Part shown: piece after piece, positions 1 to 9,286 of the stretch
How positions within the stretch are numbered: the first letter of the stretch is position 1
How the letters are laid out: every line of letters starts with the position of its first letter
Source of the DNA: Candidatus Saccharimonadota bacterium
GTDB lineage: Bacteria; Patescibacteriota; Saccharimonadia; CAILAD01; BJGX01
Direction of reading: 5' to 3'
Assembly: GCA_046350735.1 (NCBI GenBank)
Contig: JAXLZU010000001.1
Span: 384,967-448,966, forward strand
DNA: 64,000 nt
Notes under the pieces: generated by a model
Database searches by the model: none
Seen by the model: only the letters and a program-made list of their open reading frames with translations
What the model was told of the DNA's origin: nothing
Position numbers and translations under genes: made by a program

Positions 1-1
1 A

Positions 2-109
2 GGGAAAAGTGTTGTAAGCCCACCAGCTCACACACGAATAAATGCAGGAGATAAATTAATTGTGATGGGTAAAACGGATCAATTAGCAGGACTAGGTAAG
101 ATAATATAG
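2..109 (+). CDS. 3' end of an upstream gene. The C-terminal peptide ...DKLIVMGKTDQLAGLGKII resembles a TrkA-C regulatory domain terminus.
   Basis: Open frame from the window edge to TAG at 107-109. Carries a TrkA-C-like GDxLxxxG...L motif. Partial. Confidence 0.35.
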   Translation, partial: GKSVVSPPAHTRINAGDKLIVMGKTDQLAGLGKII

Positions 110-112
110 GTT

Positions 113-1009
113 ATGAAACAAATTGAATATAGAACGGGGGAAGATGATTCTGGCCGACGAGTTGATATTGTTTTGGCAGAAAATTTCTCAGAGTTTTCGC
201 GAGCTGCTTGGCAGCAGAGTCTAAAGACCAAACCAGCCTTAGTTGATGATAAGAAAGTTACTGGTAGCTATAAGGTTAAGCCAGACCAAATAGTTAAAGC
301 AATATTGCCGATACACAAAAAGCGAGAAATTAATCTTAAGGCTCCAAAACACCTACCAGAAATTCTGTATAAAGATAGTGACGTTATTGTTATTAACAAA
401 CCAGCTGGTCTCATCACACACCCCACCGAAAACAATCCAGGGGAAGCATCTGTTGCAGGGGCCTTTGCTGGTAGCGTTGAAGATATTGATGCTATGCGAC
501 CTGGTATTGTCCATCGACTCGATAGAGATACAAGCGGGGTGATGATTATTGCTCGCAATCTAGCGGCTAAGGAATTTTTGCAAGAGCAATTTCGCCAACG
601 AAATGTAACCAAGCACTACATTGTATTGGTGAGAGGTCAATTAAAACGGCCCGCGGCACGTATAGAGTTGCCTCTGCAAAAAAGTCATCAGCAGCCAAAC
701 ACGATGGCGGTTCGTGCGACAGGTCGCCCGGCTATTACAGAATACCATTTAACTGCGCAATATCCTGGCGCAAGCCTGTTAGATGTTACTATTCATACCG
801 GTCGTACACATCAAATTCGCGCTCACTTTGCTCATCTTGGGCATCCGGTAGTTGGAGACAAGGTATATGGTAAAGTCATTCGCTCTAGTGGTCTGATGCG
901 ACAGTTTTTGCATGCTAGTAGCCTGACTATTCTGCTACCGTCTGGTAAAAGGCAAACCTTTTCAGCCAAACTACCACAAGATCTATCGAGTTATTTGGAG
1001 CAGCTATGA
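113..1009 (+). CDS. rluD: RluA-family 23S rRNA pseudouridine synthase (RluD-like) with an N-terminal S4 domain
   Basis: Catalytic motif HRLDRDTSGVMIIA. S4-like N-terminus. 298 aa. Confidence 0.8.
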   Translation: MKQIEYRTGEDDSGRRVDIVLAENFSEFSRAAWQQSLKTKPALVDDKKVTGSYKVKPDQIVKAILPIHKKREINLKAPKHLPEILYKDSDVIVINKPAGLITHPTENNPGEASVAGAFAGSVEDIDAMRPGIVHRLDRDTSGVMIIARNLAAKEFLQEQFRQRNVTKHYIVLVRGQLKRPAARIELPLQKSHQQPNTMAVRATGRPAITEYHLTAQYPGASLLDVTIHTGRTHQIRAHFAHLGHPVVGDKVYGKVIRSSGLMRQFLHASSLTILLPSGKRQTFSAKLPQDLSSYLEQL

Positions 1010-1866
1010 ATACAGCCTGGCCTACCAGTACCGAGCTGGCTAATCGTCTAGAATTGGCATTGCAAAATCCTGCACATGCATATATTTTTAGCGGGCATTC
1101 TGGGTATGGTGCGCGATTGTTGGCCAACTATTTTTCTGCAAGGCTAGTTAGAGTAGATTACTCTTTTACTTCTACTCACTTGGCTCACTCTAACATTATC
1201 TATATTCAGCCAGAGGAAGGTAAAAAGAAAATTAGCATCACCCAGGTTCATAATCTAATATATAATGCCAATCAGACAAGATTTCGTGCAGATGTACCAA
1301 GGGTATTTATCATTGATCGAGCCGACCAGTTTAGTCGAGAGGCGGCAACTGCGTTACTAAAAACCCTTGAAGAACCTAGCCCAGACACTATATTTATTCT
1401 TACAAGTTATAGCTTGCATACTGTTTTACCAACTATTCGTTCACGTGCAGTTACCATTACACTACCAAAACTTAGTGATAGTGAAATACAACAATTTCTT
1501 ATAAATAACTTATCGGTTTCGTCTGTACGGGCCGGACAAATTACAGAACTGGCTTCAGGAAAAATCGAGCTTGCAACGCATTTGGTAGATGGTGAAAAAT
1601 TTGACGAATATTCTGACCAGATCGCAGAAGCAAAGCAATTCATAAACGGTACATTATCAGAAAAATTTGCCATTGCCAAACAAGTTGCTGACAAGCAAAA
1701 TGCGTCTAATTTTCTCGATAGGCTATGCTATACTTTACCTGTAGAATCGTCTATACTTGTTACAGCATTTAACCAAGAGAGGATAGTAGATGCCGAAAAA
1801 CAAATAGGCTCTAATGTCAACCAACGTTTCGTACTCGAAAATTTGGCTCTGCACTGGACTACATAG
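1006..1866 (+). CDS. holB: DNA polymerase III delta-prime subunit
   Basis: LLKTLEEPSPDTIFILTS motif typical of HolB/clamp-loader subunits. N-terminal AAA+-like region. ATGA overlap with rluD. Confidence 0.7.
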   Translation: MNTAWPTSTELANRLELALQNPAHAYIFSGHSGYGARLLANYFSARLVRVDYSFTSTHLAHSNIIYIQPEEGKKKISITQVHNLIYNANQTRFRADVPRVFIIDRADQFSREAATALLKTLEEPSPDTIFILTSYSLHTVLPTIRSRAVTITLPKLSDSEIQQFLINNLSVSSVRAGQITELASGKIELATHLVDGEKFDEYSDQIAEAKQFINGTLSEKFAIAKQVADKQNASNFLDRLCYTLPVESSILVTAFNQERIVDAEKQIGSNVNQRFVLENLALHWTT

Positions 1867-1867
1867 T

Positions 1868-2557
1868 ATGATTGCTGAAATTGTTATAATTCTATTAATT
1901 ACTGCCATTACACTTGGTGCTGTCGTGTATCGCAAGAATGCACTGGCTACTTTCTTAATAAACAATCTTTCTGCCACACCACCAAGTCAAGATGTTGCAC
2001 TAGACACTTTACTGGAAGTTGCTGGACGATATTATGCTGAAAAAAATTATCTCTCCGCAGAAAAAGCATATCTTAAAGTACTGAAGGTAGATCACAAAAA
2101 CAGCTTGGCATACAGCCGGCTTGGATTTATCTACTCACATCTTGGTAATACCGACGATGCTATAGAATGTTTTAAAATTGTTGCTGATACATACCCCAAT
2201 GCAGCTAGTTATCATAACCTGGCTATGATGTATTTTAAGAATCGCGATTTTTCTCACTCAGCTGAAGCACTAGAAAAATCACTTAGTATGGAAGTGCATT
2301 TTAGCCGTCTTATCAACTTGGCACGAATATATCGTGCTATGAACAAATATGATAAGCAAATAGATACCCTACAACGTGCACATGAGCTAGAACCAAACAA
2401 TGTAGAAGCCATGCAGCTTTTGGCCGAAGCATATTTACACGAAAAGGATGAAAAGTCGGCTAAATTACTATTCCGTAAAATTCTTAAGGTAGAACCTGAA
2501 AATATTCGGGCTCGCGCAGGTTTGCAGCCCACTAGACAATTGAAAAAACCTCATTAA
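1868..2557 (+). CDS. Membrane-anchored TPR-repeat protein
   Basis: N-terminal TM helix (IAEIVIILLITAITLGAVVY) followed by TPR-like repeats (AYSRLGFIYSHLGNTDDAIECF..., AEAYL...). Start moved to the in-frame ATG at 1868 to avoid overlap with holB. Confidence 0.55.
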   Translation: MIAEIVIILLITAITLGAVVYRKNALATFLINNLSATPPSQDVALDTLLEVAGRYYAEKNYLSAEKAYLKVLKVDHKNSLAYSRLGFIYSHLGNTDDAIECFKIVADTYPNAASYHNLAMMYFKNRDFSHSAEALEKSLSMEVHFSRLINLARIYRAMNKYDKQIDTLQRAHELEPNNVEAMQLLAEAYLHEKDEKSAKLLFRKILKVEPENIRARAGLQPTRQLKKPH

Positions 2558-2633
2558 TTTGTTAAGATATAATCTGATTTTAAGGCATAAAGGCTAATTC
2601 TTTGGCTATTAAAATTGGTATATAAAACATTAC

Positions 2634-2720
2634 GCAGGGATACCGAAGTGGTCAAACGGGGCAGACTGTAAATCTGCTGGCTTTATGCCTTCGGGGGTTC
2701 GACTCCCTCTCCCTGCACCA
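2634..2720 (+). tRNA. tRNA-Tyr (anticodon GTA), long variable arm, encoded CCA
   Basis: Acceptor stem GCAGGGA/TCCCTGC. Anticodon loop cuGUAaa. T-arm GGTTCGACTCC. Ends ...CACCA. Confidence 0.85.
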
Positions 2721-2795
<75 letters not shown>

Positions 2796-2870
2796 CGTCG
2801 ATTTGTTGCTTTCACTTTCGTAGAACACCTTATGGTATTCTACTTCAGTTGTCACTACAAATCTCCTTAT

Positions 2871-2896
2871 CGAAAGAAAATCAGAATTTTCTTTCG
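2871..2896. repeat. Perfect 11-bp inverted repeat (cgaaagaaaat-caga-attttctttcg) in the tRNA spacer
   Basis: Read directly: revcomp of cgaaagaaaat equals attttctttcg. Confidence 0.8.
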
Positions 2897-2899
2897 TAA

Positions 2900-2925
2900 C
2901 AATTCAAATTTTTCGATTTGAATTG
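2900..2925. repeat. Perfect 10-bp inverted repeat (caattcaaat-ttttcg-atttgaattg) immediately following the first hairpin
   Basis: Read directly. A-run follows on the + strand. Confidence 0.8.
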
Positions 2926-3000
2926 AAAAAGAGAAACACAGCAAAAGCTGATATAATAATTTTCAGAATTATTATGCAAGTTGGAGCTTTGTTTGGATGT

Positions 3001-3077
3001 GCCGGCGTAGCTCAATTGGTTAGAGCAGCTGTTTTGTAAACAGCAGGTTGCGGGTTCGAGTCCCATCGCCGGCTCCA
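3001..3077 (+). tRNA. tRNA-Thr (anticodon TGT)
   Basis: Acceptor GCCGGCG/CGCCGGC. D-arm GCTCAATTGGTTAGAGC. Anticodon stem GCTGT/ACAGC with loop ttTGTaa. T-arm GGTTCGAGTCC. CCA. Confidence 0.8.
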
Positions 3078-3278
3078 TAAAAAATGTAAGTGAATTATGT
3101 GGGAAAAAATTGACTCTAGTCTCAATATTCTTCCAGAAAAGAATCCACCAGTATATTTGGCGGACTGTTTTTTGCGAGAAGATCCACGTGTTAGATCGAT
3201 GAGTCTAGTTGTTGGCCTGGCATTAATTAGTGCCAAGCTAATGGTTGTGTCAACAGTAATACTACTTGCATTATATCG

Positions 3279-3500
3279 ATGACTAAAAGCAAACAATCAA
3301 AACCCAAAGAGTTACAGTTAGATACCAAAGATAAGAAATTTGCGGGTGTCGCTGGTGGTATTGCAGAATACTATGATACCGACCCAGCTCTGGTACGAGT
3401 AGTTGCGGTAATTTTTGTTATACTAACAGGGATATTACCCGGGTTAATTATCTATGGCGTATTTTACCTGCTTATGAAGAACACCAAAAGCAAAAAATAG
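3279..3500 (+). CDS. PspC-domain small membrane protein
   Basis: FAGVAGGIAEYYDTDPALVRVVAVIFVILTG matches the PspC domain consensus (GVCGGLAEYFGIDPTLVR-like), followed by a TM helix. Confidence 0.6.
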   Translation: MTKSKQSKPKELQLDTKDKKFAGVAGGIAEYYDTDPALVRVVAVIFVILTGILPGLIIYGVFYLLMKNTKSKK

Positions 3501-3503
3501 GTG

Positions 3504-3926
3504 TTACTGGCTTAGGTTGCCAATAAAGTAATCTTTAAGCATTTCATCGGCAGTTGGCGAGTGTGGTCTACCCCTGCCACCTTGAGTATCAAAGGCCTTG
3601 GTAGCCTCTTTACCACAGTAAGGAATAATTTGTGCTACACCACCAGGATGGTCGGAGATAAACTTGGTGACATCATAGACTTTGTTATTAATTAATAGCC
3701 AACAATTACTTTCTGATGAATGTTTAACAATTTCTGTCATAGTGTATGTCGTTACATTCTGACTTGTATTTTGGGCACTAGTGTTGTTGATGGTATCGCT
3801 AGATTGTGTTGTAGGAGTGGCAGTAGGACTAGACTCATTTAGTTGCTTCTGTAAGAACCCGACTATAAATATTCCTCCAAGAATAAGAGTACAAATAACT
3901 ACAACGATTAAAACGGTTTTTTTCAT
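3504..3926 (-). CDS. Membrane-anchored cytochrome b5-like heme-binding domain protein
   Basis: N-terminal TM helix, Ser/Thr-rich linker, then a b5-like HPGG motif (FISDHPGGVAQII). Confidence 0.6.
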   Translation of the reverse strand: MKKTVLIVVVICTLILGGIFIVGFLQKQLNESSPTATPTTQSSDTINNTSAQNTSQNVTTYTMTEIVKHSSESNCWLLINNKVYDVTKFISDHPGGVAQIIPYCGKEATKAFDTQGGRGRPHSPTADEMLKDYFIGNLSQ

Positions 3927-5206
3927 GATAAAGCGAACTCCTCAGTAATAATTTGATTACTTTTAACGCCCGCCGAAACAAAATCCTTTTTTATTGCTTT
4001 CATCATTCGTGGCGGACCACAGATCCATATAGCTGCACCAGTATTTAGGGTTTGTTTGGCAATAGAGTTAGCACTAAACTGTGGTTGATTCTCGTTATTA
4101 ATTAGATGCAAGCGAAAATTTGTTTTTGCCTTTGCAATAGTTTTTAGCTCATTCACAAAATAGGCTTGGGCGTTAGAGCGAAAACTATAATACAAATCGA
4201 CACTTTGATTATTTAATGCTTTTGCCATTGAAATGAACGGAGTTATGCCAATACCACCAGCTATCCAAACTTGGTGGGTATATTCGTCAAGTTTACTACC
4301 AAACTCGCCATATGGCCCCTCTACACTTACATTATCTCCAGCCTGTACACTACTTAAGGCATTTGTGTAGTCTCCAAGTTGTTTGATACCAAATTGAAGA
4401 TGTTTTTCTGTCGGTATAGAGGTAATACTAAACGGATGATATTGCTTTGGCAGATGGTTATTTATAACTTTAATGAATGCGAATTGTCCTGGCGCATAGT
4501 TTTGAATGCCATTGTTAGAAATAATGTCTAGCTGCAGTAAGTCTGCTTTTTTCTTGGCAGACTGAATAGTGTAATCCCAACGCTTACGGAAGCTTTTATG
4601 AAAAATTGAGCGGTAGGCAATAACAATAAGTGCCAACAGCACCCAGACAGTACCAAAAATAATCAGTGGGGTAGACTGACTTACATCGCTACCAGCAATA
4701 AAAAAGCCATGGTATGCACCCAAGAAGAAGACTAAGCCAAGAATAATTTGCAGTTTTACAAACCACTCATGTTTGATGCTTATATAAATACTAATCAAAA
4801 CTGCTACATACATTATCGCCAAGCTTGCCTCGCCGGCTAGTTGAGGAAAGTTAAGTGATGGTTTGAGAAATTGATAGCCCTGCGCTAGAGAAATAGAAGA
4901 ATAACGCAAGGTAATAAGTGTTGGGTGAATAAGTAAGAGCATAAAAGCCCAACTACCAGTAATATGGTGCCAGCGATAAAGATTTGGTAGACCCCCATAC
5001 AGCTTCTCAAAAAATGTAAGCCGAGTACTCAAAAAGATATTCCAACCAAATAATGAAAAACCTGCAATAGCACATAGTTTACCGAGAGTATTGAGTATTT
5101 CGCCAGTACTTGCAAACGCTAAAGGTTGGGTTATTAACCATAGCCCAACAGGGAATAGGGCAACTATTACTGTTGCAATGGTGGGTCTAATATCTTTCTT
5201 TTGCAT
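3923..5206 (-). CDS. Ferric-reductase-like transmembrane oxidoreductase (FRE/NOX-like: TM heme domain + FAD-binding + NAD-binding)
   Basis: Multi-TM N-terminus with His residues. HPFSITS FAD-binding motif. C-terminal GGIGITP NAD(P)-binding motif. ATGA overlap with the downstream b5 gene. Confidence 0.65.
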   Translation of the reverse strand: MQKKDIRPTIATVIVALFPVGLWLITQPLAFASTGEILNTLGKLCAIAGFSLFGWNIFLSTRLTFFEKLYGGLPNLYRWHHITGSWAFMLLLIHPTLITLRYSSISLAQGYQFLKPSLNFPQLAGEASLAIMYVAVLISIYISIKHEWFVKLQIILGLVFFLGAYHGFFIAGSDVSQSTPLIIFGTVWVLLALIVIAYRSIFHKSFRKRWDYTIQSAKKKADLLQLDIISNNGIQNYAPGQFAFIKVINNHLPKQYHPFSITSIPTEKHLQFGIKQLGDYTNALSSVQAGDNVSVEGPYGEFGSKLDEYTHQVWIAGGIGITPFISMAKALNNQSVDLYYSFRSNAQAYFVNELKTIAKAKTNFRLHLINNENQPQFSANSIAKQTLNTGAAIWICGPPRMMKAIKKDFVSAGVKSNQIITEEFALS

Positions 5207-5379
5207 ATATATAATGATACCAGTATTTCTATTTGTTTTTATAGTATTACTATTATTGCTGAAATATTGCTGAATGATGGGTATAACTATAAATATTGGT
5301 CACTTTCTGATAAAATGAGCTAGTTCGACAGATACAATATATAACAGTTAGAATAGCGTAATAACCAGACATACATTGA

Positions 5380-5400
5380 AGGGGTGTAGCTCAGTTGGCT
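5380..5400 (+). other. 21-nt exact duplicate of the 5' end (acceptor + D-arm) of tRNA-Trp; not a complete tRNA
   Basis: aggggtgtagctcagttggct at 5380-5400 is identical to 5506-5526. The downstream sequence diverges and lacks anticodon and T arms. Confidence 0.7.
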
Positions 5401-5505
5401 GTCGAGCGTTAGCGAGCACAATAGATAATTCTAGTCGGTATCCGACGCTCAAAGACAGAACATTCGAAAAACAAATATTATTAGCCATTAAACCAACCAC
5501 ACTAA

Positions 5506-5582
5506 AGGGGTGTAGCTCAGTTGGCTAGAGCGTCGGTCTCCAAAACCGAAGGCCGCGGGTTCGACTCCTGCCACCCCTGCCA
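5506..5582 (+). tRNA. tRNA-Trp (anticodon CCA)
   Basis: Acceptor AGGGGTG/CACCCCT. Anticodon stem TCGGT/ACCGA with loop cuCCAaa. T-arm GGTTCGACTCC. CCA end. Confidence 0.85.
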
Positions 5583-5671
5583 AATTAACCAGCATCGTCT
5601 GGTTTTTTATTACCTATTTTCTATCTTAGTTTGTTACCAATTATGGTACTATATACGTTAATATAAGCATT

Positions 5672-6736
5672 ATGGCAAAAAAGAAAAAGCATCGACATCA
5701 TATCTCTACAATAACTAAATTGTCTATTGTTATTGGCTGTTTTGCGTTAATAGTAGTTGGTGTTTCGGTATGGTATCAACACAATACTCAATTAGCAACA
5801 TATACCTTGGTGCAATCCAAAATTACTGAGCTAGAGACACTACAAAAAGAGAATGAGCTACAAACTATTAATATTAAACAGTTACGCTATCAGGCTGATG
5901 TGGCAAAACAACAAATAAATAAACTAGATCTTGTTGCATCGTATAATAATCTCGAGCAGTTAAAGAGCAAAACTACCACAGCCCAGGCCCTACTGGATGA
6001 GGCTATTTATAAGCGTCAAGCAGAAGAAGCTGCACAGGCTGCGCTGGCCCAAAAAAGAGAAAGTGCAATTGCCGCTAGTGGCAGTACCAGCAGCCTAGGA
6101 ACATTTGTTCTGCCTATTATTATGTATCACAAGCCGCCGGCCAATTTTGCCGAACAAATGGCTGCTCTAAAAGTCAAAGGATATACAACTATACATATGA
6201 ATGATGTTGCGAGCTTTATTGCTGGACAGACAAAACTTCCACCAAAAGCTGCGGTTATTACCTTTGATGATGGTTTTGCAGTACAAAAAAATATAATGGG
6301 CATTTTGCAGAAAAACAATCAAAAGGCCACGCTCTATCTTATTGAGGGTGGTAATATGAGTCATTATTGTATTGGTCTTTTACGTAAAAACACCTCATGT
6401 GGTGATGATTATTTATCAATTCAGGACGTTAAGAATATGATGAGTTCTAACTTGATTGAAATAGGAGACCATACGGTAGATCATCCAAATATGGCAAGCT
6501 TATCTGAGACTGATCAGCAATTTCAGATTCAGACAAACAAAGCATATCTAGAACAAACCTTTGGGGTGCCAATTACTACCTTTGCCTATCCATATGGTAA
6601 TTACAATGGGGTTACCCTAAAACTACTCAAGCAAAACGGTTTTCTTACTGCAGTAACTACTCAGCCGGGTGTAGTACAGTCACTTGCTCAGCCACTATTG
6701 CTACGGAGAATTCGCTCTACACTCGATTTACCTTAG
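5672..6736 (+). CDS. Membrane-anchored polysaccharide deacetylase (CE4/NodB-homology domain) with a coiled-coil linker
   Basis: N-terminal TM. Gln/Ala-rich coil. NodB motifs VITFDDGFA and IGDHTVDHP. Confidence 0.65.
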   Translation: MAKKKKHRHHISTITKLSIVIGCFALIVVGVSVWYQHNTQLATYTLVQSKITELETLQKENELQTINIKQLRYQADVAKQQINKLDLVASYNNLEQLKSKTTTAQALLDEAIYKRQAEEAAQAALAQKRESAIAASGSTSSLGTFVLPIIMYHKPPANFAEQMAALKVKGYTTIHMNDVASFIAGQTKLPPKAAVITFDDGFAVQKNIMGILQKNNQKATLYLIEGGNMSHYCIGLLRKNTSCGDDYLSIQDVKNMMSSNLIEIGDHTVDHPNMASLSETDQQFQIQTNKAYLEQTFGVPITTFAYPYGNYNGVTLKLLKQNGFLTAVTTQPGVVQSLAQPLLLRRIRSTLDLP

Positions 6737-6775
6737 TCTCAATAGCCTAAGTTTTCCTATGGTATAATTATACTT

Positions 6776-7453
6776 ATGCTTAAGACCGAGGGATTGAAGA
6801 AAATTTATCATATGGGTGAGGTAATTGTGCCGGCGCTGAATAATGTTTTTCTTGAGGTAGAAGACGGTGAGATGCTTTGTATTATGGGAAAATCTGGTTC
6901 AGGTAAAAGTACATTACTACACATGCTCGGTCTTATAGATTCTCCCACGAAAGGCAAAGTATTGTTTAAAGACCAAGATGTTAGCAAGCTGTCTGAGTCT
7001 AGACGGTCTAAGATACGTTTGAGTCAAATGGGGTTTGTGTTTCAAGAATATGCGTTATTGCCAGAGCTTACTGCAGTAGAAAATGTCTACTTGCCAGCTA
7101 AAATGTTGGGGCGGTGGCCAAGTGAGTATCAAGACAGAGCCGCTACCTTGCTTGAGTCGCTCGGTTTGCTCGATAGAATGCACCACAGGCCACGTGAGCT
7201 CTCGGGTGGCCAACAACAACGGGTAGCAATTGCCAGGGCAATGGTAAATAAGCCAGAGGTAATTTTTGCCGACGAGCCAACAGCCAATCTTGATACTGCG
7301 TCTGGCAAGCAGGTAATGGATGCTTTGCGCTGGCTCAATGAACAGTTTGGTACCACCATAATATTTGTATCACACGATACAGAAGATAAACGATATGCTA
7401 AACGGGTTATCTATCTCTATGATGGTAAGCTTTCTGAAGAGGCAGAAGAATAG
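6776..7453 (+). CDS. ABC transporter ATP-binding protein (LolD/FtsE/MacB-type)
   Basis: Walker A GKSGSGKST. Signature LSGGQQQRVAIARA. Walker B IIFADEPT. Confidence 0.85.
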   Translation: MLKTEGLKKIYHMGEVIVPALNNVFLEVEDGEMLCIMGKSGSGKSTLLHMLGLIDSPTKGKVLFKDQDVSKLSESRRSKIRLSQMGFVFQEYALLPELTAVENVYLPAKMLGRWPSEYQDRAATLLESLGLLDRMHHRPRELSGGQQQRVAIARAMVNKPEVIFADEPTANLDTASGKQVMDALRWLNEQFGTTIIFVSHDTEDKRYAKRVIYLYDGKLSEEAEE

Positions 7454-7455
7454 TA

Positions 7456-8661
7456 ATGAGAACTGTGCAGGTAGCATTTTTTATTGCCAGTCGCTCAATC
7501 TTTCGCGGCAACTTTTGGTTGGGTGTGATGACAGTATTAATGATGATTTTGGTGTACTTAAATCTATTGTTTGCTCCATCTCTTTTGCAAGGAGTGATTT
7601 TTCAGATGAACTCAAAATTACGTGACACGTTAGTAGGTGATATCACGGTAGAAAGTTCTACCCCTGGCGATCTTATTCCTAACTCAAGCAAGCTAGTAGA
7701 TCAGATATCGACAATAGATGGAGTAGATTCTGTGACGCAGTCACGCACTATTTCGGCACAACTTCAACTCTCCAGCGAAAGGGGGACAGCCGAAGTATCT
7801 GGTATTGACGTAGAAAGCTTTAAAGATGTCTATTCAATTCCAAGGTATATGATTGAAGGGAGTTTTCTGACACCGGGAGATAAAGACCAAATTGTACTTG
7901 GTGCTCAGATTGCGGGTGCCGGTAAAGCAAAGCTCGAGCTTTACTCAGATAGCTTAAAAAACGCCCACGCTGGTGATGTGGTAACAGTAAAATTTGCTAA
8001 TGGTGTAACCAAAAACTATACAGTAAAAGGAATTTATCAGACAGAATTTGTGCAGGCCGATTTAAAAACCCTTATTACTGCTAGTGAGTTTAGCCAGGTT
8101 ATGCCCAGTAGTATAGACAAGGCTAGTGCAATAAATGTAAAGCTTAAGCCGGGTGCCAACCAAGATAAAGTTAATCAAGAGATTCTCGCACTCAGCTCTA
8201 ATATTAAAACAAGAAGTTGGCAAGAGAGAGCTGGATTTGTACAGAGTTATACCGAAAGTATCCAGGTAATCAACAAGATCTTACGGGCAGTAGCTTTGGT
8301 GGTAGGCTTTTTAACTATATTCATTATTACGTATGTCGATGTTGTAAACAAAAAGCGACAAATTGGCATCGAGCGAGCTATTGGTATTTCACCACCAACA
8401 ATAATTTTGGCCTATGAGCTAAGGGCGCTATTTTATACCTTTATTGGTGCAATGATAGGGGCAATACTTTTTGTTACGGTTGTTGTGCCGCTCGAGGCAC
8501 GCTATCCGTTCCATTTTCCACTTGGCAATGTCTTCTTAGATGTTAACTCTAGTTTTATGATTCGAAATGTCTTTATTCTCTTGCTGGTAAGTGTTGCTAG
8601 TGCTACTTTGCCAGCTTGGCGAGCAGTCTATGGAAAAATAGTTGAAGCTATCTGGGGATAG
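7456..8661 (+). CDS. ABC transporter permease, FtsX/MacB-like, with a large extracytoplasmic domain
   Basis: N-terminal TM, ~230-aa periplasmic-type domain, three C-terminal TM helices. Located immediately after the ABC ATPase. Confidence 0.7.
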   Translation: MRTVQVAFFIASRSIFRGNFWLGVMTVLMMILVYLNLLFAPSLLQGVIFQMNSKLRDTLVGDITVESSTPGDLIPNSSKLVDQISTIDGVDSVTQSRTISAQLQLSSERGTAEVSGIDVESFKDVYSIPRYMIEGSFLTPGDKDQIVLGAQIAGAGKAKLELYSDSLKNAHAGDVVTVKFANGVTKNYTVKGIYQTEFVQADLKTLITASEFSQVMPSSIDKASAINVKLKPGANQDKVNQEILALSSNIKTRSWQERAGFVQSYTESIQVINKILRAVALVVGFLTIFIITYVDVVNKKRQIGIERAIGISPPTIILAYELRALFYTFIGAMIGAILFVTVVVPLEARYPFHFPLGNVFLDVNSSFMIRNVFILLLVSVASATLPAWRAVYGKIVEAIWG

Positions 8662-9282
8662 TTGCCATCGTGTTACAATACTTGCATGAAAGATAGTCTA
8701 GCAAATTCTAAAGCTTCTCAGACACGCTACTTTGTAGAGTTGATTACTCGCGCACAAGAAGGTGACGAGGTGGCCTTCGAAGAGCTCTACAGTGAATATT
8801 TTACGCAACTTTATCGCTATGTCTTGGTAAGAGTAGGCAGTAGTGATGAGGCAGATGATATTACTCAGCTGGTGTTTGTAAAATTTTATAAGAATTTATC
8901 TAACTGGCACGATCAAGGCTATAGCCCCTCGGCGTATTTATATACAATTGCCCGCAGTGTTATAGCAGATTATTTTCGTACTAAAGCTCGCAGCGGTAAG
9001 AAGATAGAAGGTTCTGATGAGATTTTAGCAATCATTGCCGACCCGTCACAAAATTTGCATGCAGGCGTTATATCTAACGAAGAGAAGGCAAGTCTATACA
9101 AAGCCCTCCAGCAACTTCCCGAAAACTATCAAGAAGCACTGCTTTTGCGTTATATCGAAAATCTACCTAGTAAAGAAATTGCTGAGATAATTGGTAAGAG
9201 CGATGTAGCAACTCGTAAGCTTCTCAGTCGGGCAGTTAATGCATTAGCGGAAGTAATGAAATTACAAATTAAGGAAAATTAA
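8662..9282 (+). CDS. ECF-type RNA polymerase sigma-70 factor
   Basis: Region 2 (FEELYSEYFTQLYRYVLVRVG..DDITQLVFVKFY) and region 4 HTH (LPENYQEALLLRYIENLPSKEIAEIIGKSDVATRKLLSRA). True start may be the internal ATG (MKDSLAN). Confidence 0.8.
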   Translation: MPSCYNTCMKDSLANSKASQTRYFVELITRAQEGDEVAFEELYSEYFTQLYRYVLVRVGSSDEADDITQLVFVKFYKNLSNWHDQGYSPSAYLYTIARSVIADYFRTKARSGKKIEGSDEILAIIADPSQNLHAGVISNEEKASLYKALQQLPENYQEALLLRYIENLPSKEIAEIIGKSDVATRKLLSRAVNALAEVMKLQIKEN

Positions 9283-9286
9283 AGCA

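Noticed and set aside
268-612. 114-aa antisense ORF inside rluD
   Set aside because: Fully embedded opposite a well-supported gene. No motif. Low-complexity Arg/Ser-rich translation typical of an antisense frame.
2881-3296. ORFs 2881..3078(-), 3012..3296(-) and 3097..3282(+) overlapping the tRNA cluster
   Set aside because: They overlap tRNA genes and perfect hairpins. No coding signal.
5380-5505. First tRNA-like segment as a second complete tRNA
   Set aside because: Only the acceptor/D-arm 21 nt match. No anticodon or T-arm can be drawn.
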